From an uncultured Bacteroidota bacterium (GTDB taxonomy: Bacteria; Bacteroidota; Bacteroidia; Bacteroidales; GWA2-32-17), in the NCBI GenBank assembly GCA_903837285.1, contig CAILUD010000145.1:2697-66696 (forward strand): DNA of 64,000 nucleotides, written 5' to 3'. Positions 1-8,757 of the stretch are shown here, one piece after another. The position numbers and the translations under genes are program-made. The notes under the pieces are model-generated. The model ran no database searches, was not told where the DNA came from, and saw only the letters and a list, made by a program, of their open reading frames with translations. Position 1 is the first letter of the stretch, and every line of letters begins with the position of its first letter.

Positions 1-2430
1 AGCCTTTTGACAATACACTTTGTTCTGGAAGTTATTTCATAACAGTTAGTGATGATAGTCTCTGTTCCAGAATCTTACAAGTTGACTTAATTGACCCACC
101 ATTGTTAACAGATACTATAGAAATTATTCCTATAACTTGCACAACTCTATGTGATGGATCTGCAATTGCGATTCCATCTGGAGGGACTGGTGCATATAGT
201 TATTTATGGGATGTGATACCTTCTCAAACTAATGACACTATCAATAGTTTATGTGCTAACATTATGTATCACGTAACTATTTCTGATGCTAATTTATGTT
301 CTGTAATTGATTCTGTTTCACTAGTTGCCCCCCCTGCATTATCTGCAAACATTACTATAGTAGATTCTATTTCTTGCCATAGCGATTGTAATGGATCAGT
401 TTTAGCAAATGTAATTGGCGGAACACCATCGTATACTTACACTTGGAATAATACTCTAACAAATGATACAATAACCGGACTTTGTGCTGGTACTTATGAT
501 GTAACAATTGAAGATGCTAATCTTTGTTCTGCAACTGCTACTATTACTCTTGGAGAGCCAGATACTTTACAAATTAGCTTTACTAATGTTACTCAAATTG
601 CATGCGGACCAGGAAATTGTACCGGAACAGCAACAGCTGCTGTTAATGGAGGCACTGCTCCATACACATATATTTGGGGTGCTAACACAGGAGGGCAAAC
701 AGATTCAACTGCAATAAATCTTTGTGGAGATATTTACTCTATTACCGCAACAGATGCCCATGGATGTACAATTGTCGGAACAGTTACAATAACGGATAAT
801 TCAAGTCTTTCAATTATTATTTCAGACACAAATCATGTTACCTGTGCTTCTGCCTGTGACGGTAGCGCTACAGTAACGGCTTCGGGCGCAACTCCTCCTT
901 ATACATACCTTTGGGATGATAATAATAATACAACAAATGATACTGTAACAAATCTCTGTCAAGGGACATACTACGTAACAGTTTATGATGCAAATTTATG
1001 TTCAAGAATTGATTCTGTTGTTATAACAGATGCTGCAGCATTAATAGTTATAGATTCTATCATTCCAATCAGTTGTTCCGGTCTATGTAATGCATCAATA
1101 ATACTTATCCCTGCGGGAGGAACTCCACCTTACATTACTTATCAATGGTCAATCGCTGGAGAAATAGATTCTATTGCAACTGGACTTTGCCCGGGAACTT
1201 ATTACTATACCGTTACAGATTTTAATAATTGCCAGTATAACGATAGCGTAACTATTATTGATCCTGGAACTATGCAGGCAAATATTTCTATTGTTACGCC
1301 AATAAGTTGCCATGGAGTTTGTATTGGAAGTCTTTTAACAACTCCATCAGGTTCTTTAGGACCTTACACATATTTGTGGTCAGATGGTCAAACAGATTCT
1401 CTTGCTATTAATCTTTGCAGCGCTGAATATCATGTTACAGTTACCGGACAAGGTGGTTGCTTTGTTATAGATTCTATTAATCTTCCCGAACCAGATACAA
1501 TGGCTATAACATTTGACAATATAGTTCTAGTTAATTGCGGTGGTGACTCTACAGGTTCAGTAACAGCTGTTGTTATTGGCGGTACATCTCCTTATAATTA
1601 TCAATGGGGGGCAAATGCCAATAATGCAATAACTGCAATGATTGATTCATTAAAAGCAGATATCTATTTTATTACGGTTACAGATGCCAATGGCTGTTCT
1701 CAGATTTCAAATTTTGAACTTCAAGATACTTCACAAATGGCTGTAACTGTTATAGATTCAATGACGATTTCATGTTATGGCAGATGTGATGGTTGGGCTA
1801 CAGTTTCCGCTTCAGGGGGAACTCTTCCTTATAGTTATATATGGAATACCGTACCACTTCCAGAGACTACTGCAACTGCAGATACTTTATGTGCCGGACA
1901 ATATCAGGTTACAGTAAGTGATTTAAATTTATGTTCACGAGTAAAATTAATTAACATTACTCAACCAGATAGCTTGTATATTTCAATTGTTGATAGCAGT
2001 TCCATAACTTGTGCTTCTATATGTAATGGATCAATAACAGTAAATGTATTTGGCGGCACAACTCCATATACTTATAATTGGAATAATGGAGCAATTGATA
2101 CCCTTGCATCAAATTTGTGTGTCGGAATTCAACAACTAAATATTTCCGACTCTCATAATTGTCTAGATAGTTTGATTTACAATTTAACAAGTCCAACCGC
2201 TTTAAACACAACAGTAACTCCAGTAAGTGCACTTTGCAATAACAACGCCACTGATGGATCGATAACAGTTGTTATAACTGGTGGATCTCCGCAATATACT
2301 TTCCTTTGGTCAAACGACAGCACCACTCAGAATCTTACCGGGTTATTGGCCGGAGATTACTGGTTAACAACAACAGATTCTTTAGGTTGTACTAAAATAG
2401 ATTCAGCAACTATTGGAGCAAGTATAATTG
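1..2430 (+). repeat. Protein-level tandem repeat array (~231-nt / ~77-aa period) inside the adhesin gene
   Basis: The block (G/P)(A/P/S)Y(S/T/N)Y.W recurs about every 77 aa: GAYSYLW, PSYTYTW, APYTYIW, PPYTYLW, PPYITYQW, GPYTYLW, SPYNYQW, LPYSYIW, TPYTYNW, PQYTFLW. The DNA copies are diverged. Confidence 0.8.
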
Positions 2431-3164
2431 TTAACGCAACTGCGAGATTTGATTCAACTATTTGTTATGGTGATTCAGTTCAAATATTTGGTTTTGGTGG
2501 AAGCATATATTCCTGGTCGCCTGCTATAGGTTTAACAGATTCTACTTTGTTTAACCCTTGGGCTGCTCCTCTTCAAACAACTACCTATTACTTTACTGTA
2601 TGGGATAGCATTTGTTTTGATATTGATTCTGTAACTATTCAGGTTCATCCTCAAATAATAATTGATGCCGGAACTGATCAAACTATTTTATACGAACATA
2701 GCGCCACCCTAACAGCAACTTCACCAGATCTTTCTTTATCATATTTGTGGAATCCAACCATGTGGTTATCTGATTCTTCTTCTGCAACCACAACAGCAAC
2801 TCCTCTTTTAACAACTACATATTATGTTTTCGCAACAAATAGTAATGGCTGTGTTGAATCTGATTCTGTAAAAGTAACAGTAATTCCAGTTATAATAATT
2901 CCAACAGGTATTACCCCTAATGGAGATGGGTCAAATGATATATGGATGATAGATTTAATAGGATTATATCCAGATTGTGAGGTAGAAATTTATAACCGTT
3001 GGGGTGAAAAATTATTCTATTCGCATGGATATCCTGATAGCGAAAGATGGGATGGAACCTTTAAAAACAAACCGTTACCAACAGGCACCTATTATTTTGT
3101 AATTAATTTACATGATGAATTTGGCACAAAACCAATTACCGGACCAATAACATTAGTTAGATAA
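1..3164 (+). CDS. Cell-surface adhesin fragment (5' end outside window): tandem SprB-type Cys-rich repeats, two beta-rich modules, T9SS type B (gliding-motility-associated) C-terminal sorting domain
   Basis: Frame 3 is open from nt 3 (PFDNTLCSGSYFITVSDDSLCS...), so the TTG at 102 is not the start. There are 10 complete ~77-aa units, each with C..C(D/N)GS, GGT.PY.Y.W and LC.G.Y.VTV.DANLCS. The C-terminus ITPNGDGSNDIW...YNRWGEKLF...WDGTFKNKPLPTGTYYF is the type B CTD signature. Confidence 0.85.
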   Translation, partial: PFDNTLCSGSYFITVSDDSLCSRILQVDLIDPPLLTDTIEIIPITCTTLCDGSAIAIPSGGTGAYSYLWDVIPSQTNDTINSLCANIMYHVTISDANLCSVIDSVSLVAPPALSANITIVDSISCHSDCNGSVLANVIGGTPSYTYTWNNTLTNDTITGLCAGTYDVTIEDANLCSATATITLGEPDTLQISFTNVTQIACGPGNCTGTATAAVNGGTAPYTYIWGANTGGQTDSTAINLCGDIYSITATDAHGCTIVGTVTITDNSSLSIIISDTNHVTCASACDGSATVTASGATPPYTYLWDDNNNTTNDTVTNLCQGTYYVTVYDANLCSRIDSVVITDAAALIVIDSIIPISCSGLCNASIILIPAGGTPPYITYQWSIAGEIDSIATGLCPGTYYYTVTDFNNCQYNDSVTIIDPGTMQANISIVTPISCHGVCIGSLLTTPSGSLGPYTYLWSDGQTDSLAINLCSAEYHVTVTGQGGCFVIDSINLPEPDTMAITFDNIVLVNCGGDSTGSVTAVVIGGTSPYNYQWGANANNAITAMIDSLKADIYFITVTDANGCSQISNFELQDTSQMAVTVIDSMTISCYGRCDGWATVSASGGTLPYSYIWNTVPLPETTATADTLCAGQYQVTVSDLNLCSRVKLINITQPDSLYISIVDSSSITCASICNGSITVNVFGGTTPYTYNWNNGAIDTLASNLCVGIQQLNISDSHNCLDSLIYNLTSPTALNTTVTPVSALCNNNATDGSITVVITGGSPQYTFLWSNDSTTQNLTGLLAGDYWLTTTDSLGCTKIDSATIGASIIVNATARFDSTICYGDSVQIFGFGGSIYSWSPAIGLTDSTLFNPWAAPLQTTTYYFTVWDSICFDIDSVTIQVHPQIIIDAGTDQTILYEHSATLTATSPDLSLSYLWNPTMWLSDSSSATTTATPLLTTTYYVFATNSNGCVESDSVKVTVIPVIIIPTGITPNGDGSNDIWMIDLIGLYPDCEVEIYNRWGEKLFYSHGYPDSERWDGTFKNKPLPTGTYYFVINLHDEFGTKPITGPITLVR

Positions 3165-3165
3165 T

Positions 3166-4083
3166 ATGAAAAAAACAATCTACATATTATTCCTAGTTGT
3201 TATTTCTAGCTATAGCTATTCTCAACAATTGCCATTATACAGTCAGTATATGTTTAATGACTTTGTATACAATCCCGCAATTTCAGGAACTAAAGATTAT
3301 TATCAAGCAAAATCAAATAACAGATATCAATGGATTGGTATAACAGATGCCCCTAGAACTTATATCCTTAGCGTATTTGGTCCTCATAGGAGTAAAGACA
3401 TGGGTTTTGGAGGTATAGTTTTTAACGATGTTACGGGACCAACCTCCCGAACAGGACTTTATGGCAGTTATGCTTATAATGTTAAAATTAAAGAAGATTT
3501 GAGATTTTCTTCAGGAATCAGTTTAGGAATTCTTCAGTATAAAATTGATGGTTCTAAAATAATTCTTCATGATCAAAACGATCAAACACTCTCAAATGGG
3601 TTGTATGTAGACTATATGCCAGATGCAAGTTTTGGTTTATATCTATACTCCAGTAAATATTCCGTTGGTTTAGCGGTTAATCAACTTAATAATAATATTA
3701 AATTTAAAGAAGTAGAACACCTTGGTATAAACAAAATAAAAAGCCATATTTTGCTTACAGGGTCTTATATTTATGCTATTAATTCTGATTTTGATATAGA
3801 ACCTTCTTTAATGTTAAAATTTGTTTCACCTGCCCCTTTACAAGCCGATATTAATATAAAGGCAACTTACAAAAAAATGGTTTGGCTGGGATTCTCATGG
3901 AGAACAAAAGATGCACTTTTGGTTATGGTTGGGTATAATTATAATGATTTATTATTATTTGGATATTCATATGACATTACAACAACTAACCTTAAAAACT
4001 ATAGCTCTGGCACACATGAACTAATGATTGGGGTTAGATTTAATAAATTAAAGCAATCACAATCAAGAGCAAAAATCGAATAG
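3166..4083 (+). CDS. PorP/SprF family type IX secretion system membrane protein
   Basis: A signal peptide is followed by QQLPLYSQYMFNDFVYNPAISG, the conserved N-terminal block of the family. The protein is 305 aa and Tyr/Gly-rich like a beta-barrel. Its ATG lies 2 nt after the stop of the type B CTD adhesin, the usual cargo/partner arrangement. Confidence 0.85.
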   Translation: MKKTIYILFLVVISSYSYSQQLPLYSQYMFNDFVYNPAISGTKDYYQAKSNNRYQWIGITDAPRTYILSVFGPHRSKDMGFGGIVFNDVTGPTSRTGLYGSYAYNVKIKEDLRFSSGISLGILQYKIDGSKIILHDQNDQTLSNGLYVDYMPDASFGLYLYSSKYSVGLAVNQLNNNIKFKEVEHLGINKIKSHILLTGSYIYAINSDFDIEPSLMLKFVSPAPLQADINIKATYKKMVWLGFSWRTKDALLVMVGYNYNDLLLFGYSYDITTTNLKNYSSGTHELMIGVRFNKLKQSQSRAKIE

Positions 4084-4084
4084 T

Positions 4085-4450
4085 ATGCGTTTCACTTTTT
4101 TATTATTGATTTTCCTCTCTGTTATTTTAACAAATTGCACTAACGACAAAACTGACTTAAATAATAGCTTACATAGAGATACTATGGTCCAAATAATTGC
4201 CGAAATGCATCTTGCAGATGCCATATTAATTTCGCCAAAAACTCAACAAAGTCCAAAAAAAATTAATTCACAAAATTTATATTTCGATATTTTAAAAAAG
4301 CATAATATAACAAATAAGATTTTTGAAGATAATTTGAAAAACTTAAGCGTTGATACCATACAATTTAAAACAGTTTACGAAGATGTTATTAAAAAGCTTT
4401 CGATAATGCAGGGAGACATTATGAGCATAGATAGTATTGCTAAAAAATAA
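4085..4450 (+). CDS. Small lipoprotein, DUF4296-like
   Basis: Signal peptide with lipobox LTNC. The MVQIIAEMHLADAIL block recalls DUF4296. The family assignment is from memory only. Confidence 0.45.
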   Translation: MRFTFLLLIFLSVILTNCTNDKTDLNNSLHRDTMVQIIAEMHLADAILISPKTQQSPKKINSQNLYFDILKKHNITNKIFEDNLKNLSVDTIQFKTVYEDVIKKLSIMQGDIMSIDSIAKK

Positions 4451-4458
4451 CATTTAAT

Positions 4459-5646
4459 ATGCGAAATATTTCTGCTTCGTATATTTTTACCGGTAAAGGT
4501 AGCCTTCTAAAAAATGGAATAATAAAACTTGACAATAACGGATTTGTACTAGATGTTATTGACACCAATGGCTTAATAGAAGAAACCCCACAACTAGAAC
4601 ATTACAATGGAATTATTTGTCCCGGTTTTATAAATGCACATTGTCACCTCGAACTTTCATATACGAAAGGGAGGTTCGAAAAATCCGAAAATATTACAGG
4701 ATTTATTACTCAAATGATTAAAAAAAGAGAAAGTAATAAAACCGACCATGAGGAATCTATATTTATTGCAGATAGCGAGATGCAAAGAAATGGCATTGTT
4801 GCTTGTGGCGATATCTCTAATACCGAAAAAAGTTTTGTTGTTAAAACAAATAGCAAAATTAGATACTATAATTTTATCGAGGTTCTTGGACTAAATGAAA
4901 ATGATTCGAATTATATAATTAACAAAGGAAAGGAAATACAACAGGTTGCCCTTAGAACAAATGCTGGCGATTCTTCTATCTCACCACATGCATCATATTC
5001 TTTATCTTTAAAACTATTAGAAGCAGTAAAAGAAAATGCGGAGAAAACTAAGAGTATAATTTCATTTCATAATCAGGAATCAAAAGAAGAAGCAGGGCTC
5101 TTTTCTAACACACCAAATAATTTAACTTACATTTTAAATAATATTGGATTAACCGAAAATACTTTTCCAAAAACAAATAAAAGTTCATTAGAAAGTTTAA
5201 TGCATTATTTACCTAATCAGAATAACATTTTATTAATTCATAATGTTTTTACAGAATCTAAAGACATTGAATTAGCTAATAAATATTTCGATTATCATTT
5301 TTGGGTTTTTTGTCCAAAATCTAATTTATTTATAAGTAATACCCTACCTAACATTCCACTTTTCATGCAAAATACTGATAATATTTGTGTTGGAACTGAT
5401 AGTTTATCAAGCAATAACACATTATCAATTATTGAAGAAATAAAAGTAATTCAAAATCATTTTCCTCAGATTTCACTTGAACTTCTTTTACAATGGAGTA
5501 CAATAAATGGAGCAAAAGCTCTTAAAATGGATAAGTTAATTGGCAGTTTCGAAAAAGGGAAAAAACCTGGTGTTAATTTAATCTACAATTTAGATTTATT
5601 AAATTTAAAATTAACAAATAACACCGACATAAAAGTTTTGTTGTAG
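4459..5646 (+). CDS. Amidohydrolase-superfamily metal-dependent hydrolase
   Basis: N-terminal GFINAHCHLELS (HxH metal motif) and C-terminal VGTDSLSSN (Asp). 395 aa. Confidence 0.7.
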   Translation: MRNISASYIFTGKGSLLKNGIIKLDNNGFVLDVIDTNGLIEETPQLEHYNGIICPGFINAHCHLELSYTKGRFEKSENITGFITQMIKKRESNKTDHEESIFIADSEMQRNGIVACGDISNTEKSFVVKTNSKIRYYNFIEVLGLNENDSNYIINKGKEIQQVALRTNAGDSSISPHASYSLSLKLLEAVKENAEKTKSIISFHNQESKEEAGLFSNTPNNLTYILNNIGLTENTFPKTNKSSLESLMHYLPNQNNILLIHNVFTESKDIELANKYFDYHFWVFCPKSNLFISNTLPNIPLFMQNTDNICVGTDSLSSNNTLSIIEEIKVIQNHFPQISLELLLQWSTINGAKALKMDKLIGSFEKGKKPGVNLIYNLDLLNLKLTNNTDIKVLL

Positions 5647-5647
5647 T

Positions 5648-6328
5648 TTAATCTCTTCTTCCGCTAAAAATAGAAATATAATAAAGTAAAGTTGCTAACG
5701 ACGCAAGAGCGGCTACCACATACGTATATGCAGCCCATTTTAATGCATCTTTTGCTTTTGGATAAGTAGAAGAATTTGTAATCCCACTATTTGTAAGCCA
5801 TACTAAAGCACGACTACTTGCATTTATTTCAACAGGAAGTGTAATAAAACTAAAAAGAGTAGTTAATGCAAATAAAATAATTCCACCTAAAAGCAGATAA
5901 GGGAAACTCTGCAGAGCTAAAATACCGCCCAAAAGTATCCACTGAACCCATTTTGATGAAAAACTAACAATGGGCACAAGCGCTGTTCTTAACTTCAAAA
6001 AAGCATACGAATCGGCATGTTGAATTGCGTGACCACATTCATGAGCAGCAACAGCAGCCGCTGCAACATTACGTCCGTTAAAAACTTCAGGACTAAGATT
6101 TACAGTTTTTTCTACTGGGTTATAATGATCAGTTAAAGATCCAGGAACAGAAATAACCCTAACATCAAGTACGCCATTTTCTCTAAGCATTCTTTCAGCA
6201 ACTTCTCTCCCGCTTAAATTGTTATTAATTGAAATTAAAGAATATGCTTTAAACTTCGATTTCAATCGCATTCCTATCAGCCAGCTGATAAGCATAAACA
6301 CACCAAAAATAATCCAAATAGTAGGCAT
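5648..6328 (-). CDS. Membrane zinc metallopeptidase (YugP / Zn_peptidase_2 type)
   Basis: HECGHAIQH (HExxH) motif flanked by N- and C-terminal TM helices. The ORF opens at TTG 6373, but the first ATG (6328, MPTIWIIF...) fits the family length better. Confidence 0.8.
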   Translation of the reverse strand: MPTIWIIFGVFMLISWLIGMRLKSKFKAYSLISINNNLSGREVAERMLRENGVLDVRVISVPGSLTDHYNPVEKTVNLSPEVFNGRNVAAAAVAAHECGHAIQHADSYAFLKLRTALVPIVSFSSKWVQWILLGGILALQSFPYLLLGGIILFALTTLFSFITLPVEINASSRALVWLTNSGITNSSTYPKAKDALKWAAYTYVVAALASLATLLYYISIFSGRRD

Positions 6329-6418
6329 AATATTTATTTTTAAATCAAACCCATATTTCAAATTATTTGCCAATATTAAATAATGACTTTATGGCAGTTT
6401 ACTATTATCTATAAAATT

Positions 6419-6447
6419 AAAAAAACCGCCCTTAATTAAGAACGGTC
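6419..6447 (-). terminator. Intrinsic terminator (minus strand)
   Basis: Minus strand ACCGTTC-ttaattaa-GGGCGGT followed by T7. Confidence 0.5.
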
Positions 6448-6529
6448 TTTAACTTTAAAACTTGGGTAAAATATCTGGCTGTATTAATAAGACATAAAAA
6501 AAGCAAAATGGTTGCCTAACGAAACAGGT

Positions 6530-6634
6530 TTAAAGCATGTTATGCAACATGGATATAAGCAAAAATGCCAATAAAGCAGAAATAGCAATAACTGCTGAAG
6601 GCAAAATAACTTTTCTAACAAATATTGTATTCAT
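6530..6634 (-). CDS. Candidate 34-aa single-TM mini-protein (MNTIFVRKVILPSAVIAISALLAFLLISMLHNML)
   Basis: A small ORF below the ORF-track cutoff. It sits between a TTTG-N20-TAGTTTTA promoter-like pair (6703..6672) and a hairpin + T7 terminator (6447..6419) on the same strand. Confidence 0.3.
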   Translation of the reverse strand: MNTIFVRKVILPSAVIAISALLAFLLISMLHNML

Positions 6635-6736
6635 AACTCAATAATTTAGGTACAACTTAAAGACACTATAATAAAACTAAAGGTTGCCTACTTATATTGC
6701 AAAGCTGTTTAATAACATTTATTTTAAGCTTTATTA

Positions 6737-6905
6737 AGAAACTGTTTTTAATCTTTTATTTGCAGACCTAACATTTTGAAATTTTAATTATCAAAAATCC
6801 CCTTGTTGGTCATTCTGAGGTTCTCGAAGAATGTGGGGGGCATATCTTTCGAGTACCTCAAGATGACTGGGTTTAGGGTGTTTTAAATAATTCAAAACAG
6901 TTTCT
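6737..6905. repeat. ~170-nt palindromic intergenic element
   Basis: Inverted AGAAACTGTTTT at 6737-6748 and 6894-6905. Central imperfect 22-bp hairpin at 6809-6830 / 6845-6867. Confidence 0.7.
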
Positions 6906-6937
6906 AAATATTTATATAGAAATATCAGTAATATCTT

Positions 6938-6945
6938 TATTTTTG
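6938..6945 (+). promoter_or_regulatory. Bacteroidota-type -7 box TATTTTTG
   Basis: Matches TAnnTTTG, 23 nt before ATG 6968. Confidence 0.4.
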
Positions 6946-6967
6946 TAAAAAAATAAAACAAAATATT

Positions 6968-7576
6968 ATGAAAAACATTTTTTACTTATTTGTAATTATT
7001 TCAGCTCTATCGTTTACATATTCTTGCGATAACAAAGGGAATGGCGAAAATGATGGAAAAGATAGTTTGGCTCTTGCTTCTAAGGTAACAACAGTTGATT
7101 CTTTTTTGGCTGCTCCAGAAAAATGGGCATTCAATAGTATTACAATTACAGGAACTGTTTCTCATGTTTGTCGTCATAGTGGTAAAAAACTATTCTTGTT
7201 AGGTACTGATGCAAACAGTACAGTTAAAGTTAATGCTGGTGCTGAAGTTTCGGGTTTTGATGTAGCTCTTGAAGGTAGCGATGTTGAAATTACAGGAAAT
7301 GTTGTAGAAGATTCTAGAATTGACGAGAAATATTTAAATGATTGGGAAAATGAAATTAAAACAGCAGTAGATGATGGTTCTATTAAAGTATGTACAGCTG
7401 ATGGAAAAGCACTTACCGGACAAGGTAAGAAAACAGATGTAAAAGCAGATAGTACTGCTGTTGCTGATCCATATGCTGACCTTAAAGTGATGCGTAAAAA
7501 GCTTGCCGAAAGCGGAAAAACATATATTGCAGTATATTCCATTGATTGTTTGACATTAAAGGAAATTAAAAAATAA
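6968..7576 (+). CDS. Hypothetical lipoprotein
   Basis: Signal peptide with lipobox FTYSC. A TATTTTTG -7 box lies 23 nt upstream and a clean intrinsic terminator follows directly. Confidence 0.6.
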   Translation: MKNIFYLFVIISALSFTYSCDNKGNGENDGKDSLALASKVTTVDSFLAAPEKWAFNSITITGTVSHVCRHSGKKLFLLGTDANSTVKVNAGAEVSGFDVALEGSDVEITGNVVEDSRIDEKYLNDWENEIKTAVDDGSIKVCTADGKALTGQGKKTDVKADSTAVADPYADLKVMRKKLAESGKTYIAVYSIDCLTLKEIKK

Positions 7577-7601
7577 TATTTTAAACTTTTCTTCAATTAA
7601 G

Positions 7602-7631
7602 AGGTCAATGCAATCCGTATTGACCTTTTTT
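7602..7631 (+). terminator. Intrinsic terminator after the 6968..7576 lipoprotein gene
   Basis: AGGTCAAT-gcaatccgt-ATTGACCT followed by T6. Confidence 0.75.
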
Positions 7632-7644
7632 AATCTATTTTTTT

Positions 7645-8217
7645 ATGACAAGTAACGCAACAAAAGTTTTTAGAAAGTGGAACAGAATTATTCACCGTGA
7701 TTTTGGGTATTTCTTTTTTGGAATTACAGTTATTTATTGCATTTCTGGAATAGCAATCAATCACAAAGCAAACTGGAATCCAAATTATAACATAACTCAA
7801 AAGAATTTTAAAGTTGAGCATATGTTACCTAAGGAATATATTGATGAAGCTTTTGTTTTAGGGGTTTTAAAAACATTAGGCGAAGAAGAAAATTATAAAA
7901 AATTTTATTTCCCATCTGAAAATGAATTAAGAATTTTCTTGAAGAATACAAGCTCAGCTACAATAAATATTGAGAAAAAAACAGGATATATTGAGACTTT
8001 AAAAAAACGACCATTCTTTTATGAATTTAACTTTTTACACTATAATCCAGGAAGATGGTGGGTTTGGTTTTCGGATATTTTTTGTGTTGCTTTAATTTTA
8101 ATTGCAATTTCGGGATTATTAATAATAAGTCAAGGCTCTAACAGTCTTTTAAGAAGAGGTATCTGGTTCTTGATTGCTGGTCTTATTATTCCAATATTGG
8201 CAATATTTTTATTGTAA
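7645..8217 (+). CDS. PepSY-associated-TM-helix-like membrane protein
   Basis: N-terminal WNRIIHRDFGYFFFGITVIYCISGIAINH TM block plus two C-terminal TM helices. The family call is tentative. Confidence 0.5.
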   Translation: MTSNATKVFRKWNRIIHRDFGYFFFGITVIYCISGIAINHKANWNPNYNITQKNFKVEHMLPKEYIDEAFVLGVLKTLGEEENYKKFYFPSENELRIFLKNTSSATINIEKKTGYIETLKKRPFFYEFNFLHYNPGRWWVWFSDIFCVALILIAISGLLIISQGSNSLLRRGIWFLIAGLIIPILAIFLL

Positions 8218-8508
8218 TTTTCATGGTCTGTGTTTCATATACTATATATTAATACCAATTATAGAATAGTAGTACAAGTGAACACATGCCCTAAAATCAA
8301 TTCGCTGAATATTCTGCTAACTGTTAAAAACAACTCCAACAAGGGCGAAAAAACTCACTTACCCCTACAGTTATTGCGAGTAAGAATGACGTGGTAATAC
8401 CAAATTAGAATATCATTTAGTTCAAAGTGCGAGGTCCTCCTGATAGTCTATACAGAGACGGACGATGTGCTCTAAGGAGTGCGAGGGCAGAAATAGATCC
8501 TGAACCAA

Positions 8509-8535
8509 GGGCTATTTTTAATTGCAAATGGTATT
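8509..8535 (+). repeat. 27-nt direct repeat, copy 1 (GGGCTATTTTTAATTGCAAATGGTATT)
   Basis: Near-identical to 8697-8724. Confidence 0.7.
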
Positions 8536-8608
8536 ATTAATTATCATTATTCTATTTTAAAAGTTGTAATTTTGAACACTGAAATTAAAGATTATACCAA
8601 ACATGATT

Positions 8609-8706
8609 ATAAAATAGGCCAACCCATTGCCTGCCTGCCAATATGCAGGGTAGGCAAGTTCTTTTTTTAAAGAGGGTAGGGAGATGAATAAAAAACGGGC
8701 TATTTT
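8609..8706 (-). repeat. Intergenic module, inverted homologue of 35930..36003
   Basis: The reverse complement reads AAAATAGCCCGTTTTTTATTCATCTCCCTACCCTCTT...GGTTGGCCTATTTTAT. The copy at 35930 reads AAAATAGTCCAATTTTTTTAATTCATCTCCCAACCCTCTT...GGTTGAACTATTTTAT. Confidence 0.7.
8627..8668 (+). terminator. Strong hairpin + T7, 90 nt upstream of the methyltransferase/GT2 gene
   Basis: TTGCCTGCCTGC-caatat-GCAGGGTAGGCAA (one wobble, one bulge), then GTTCTTTTTTT. Confidence 0.5.
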
Positions 8707-8724
8707 ATAATTACGAATGGTATT
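8697..8724 (+). repeat. Direct repeat, copy 2 (GGGCTATTTTATAATTACGAATGGTATT)
   Basis: Near-identical to 8509-8535. Confidence 0.7.
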
Positions 8725-8757
8725 CTTTGCAAAAAATTATTTATCCTTTTATGTAAT

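Noticed and set aside
7174-7596. 140-aa ORF fully antisense to the 6968..7576 lipoprotein gene
   Set aside because: It is Ser/Thr/Ala/Pro-rich low-complexity sequence, typical of the shadow frame of a Gly/Ala/Val/Asp-rich gene. It has no promoter box or independent motif. The sense gene has a signal peptide, a -7 box and a terminator.
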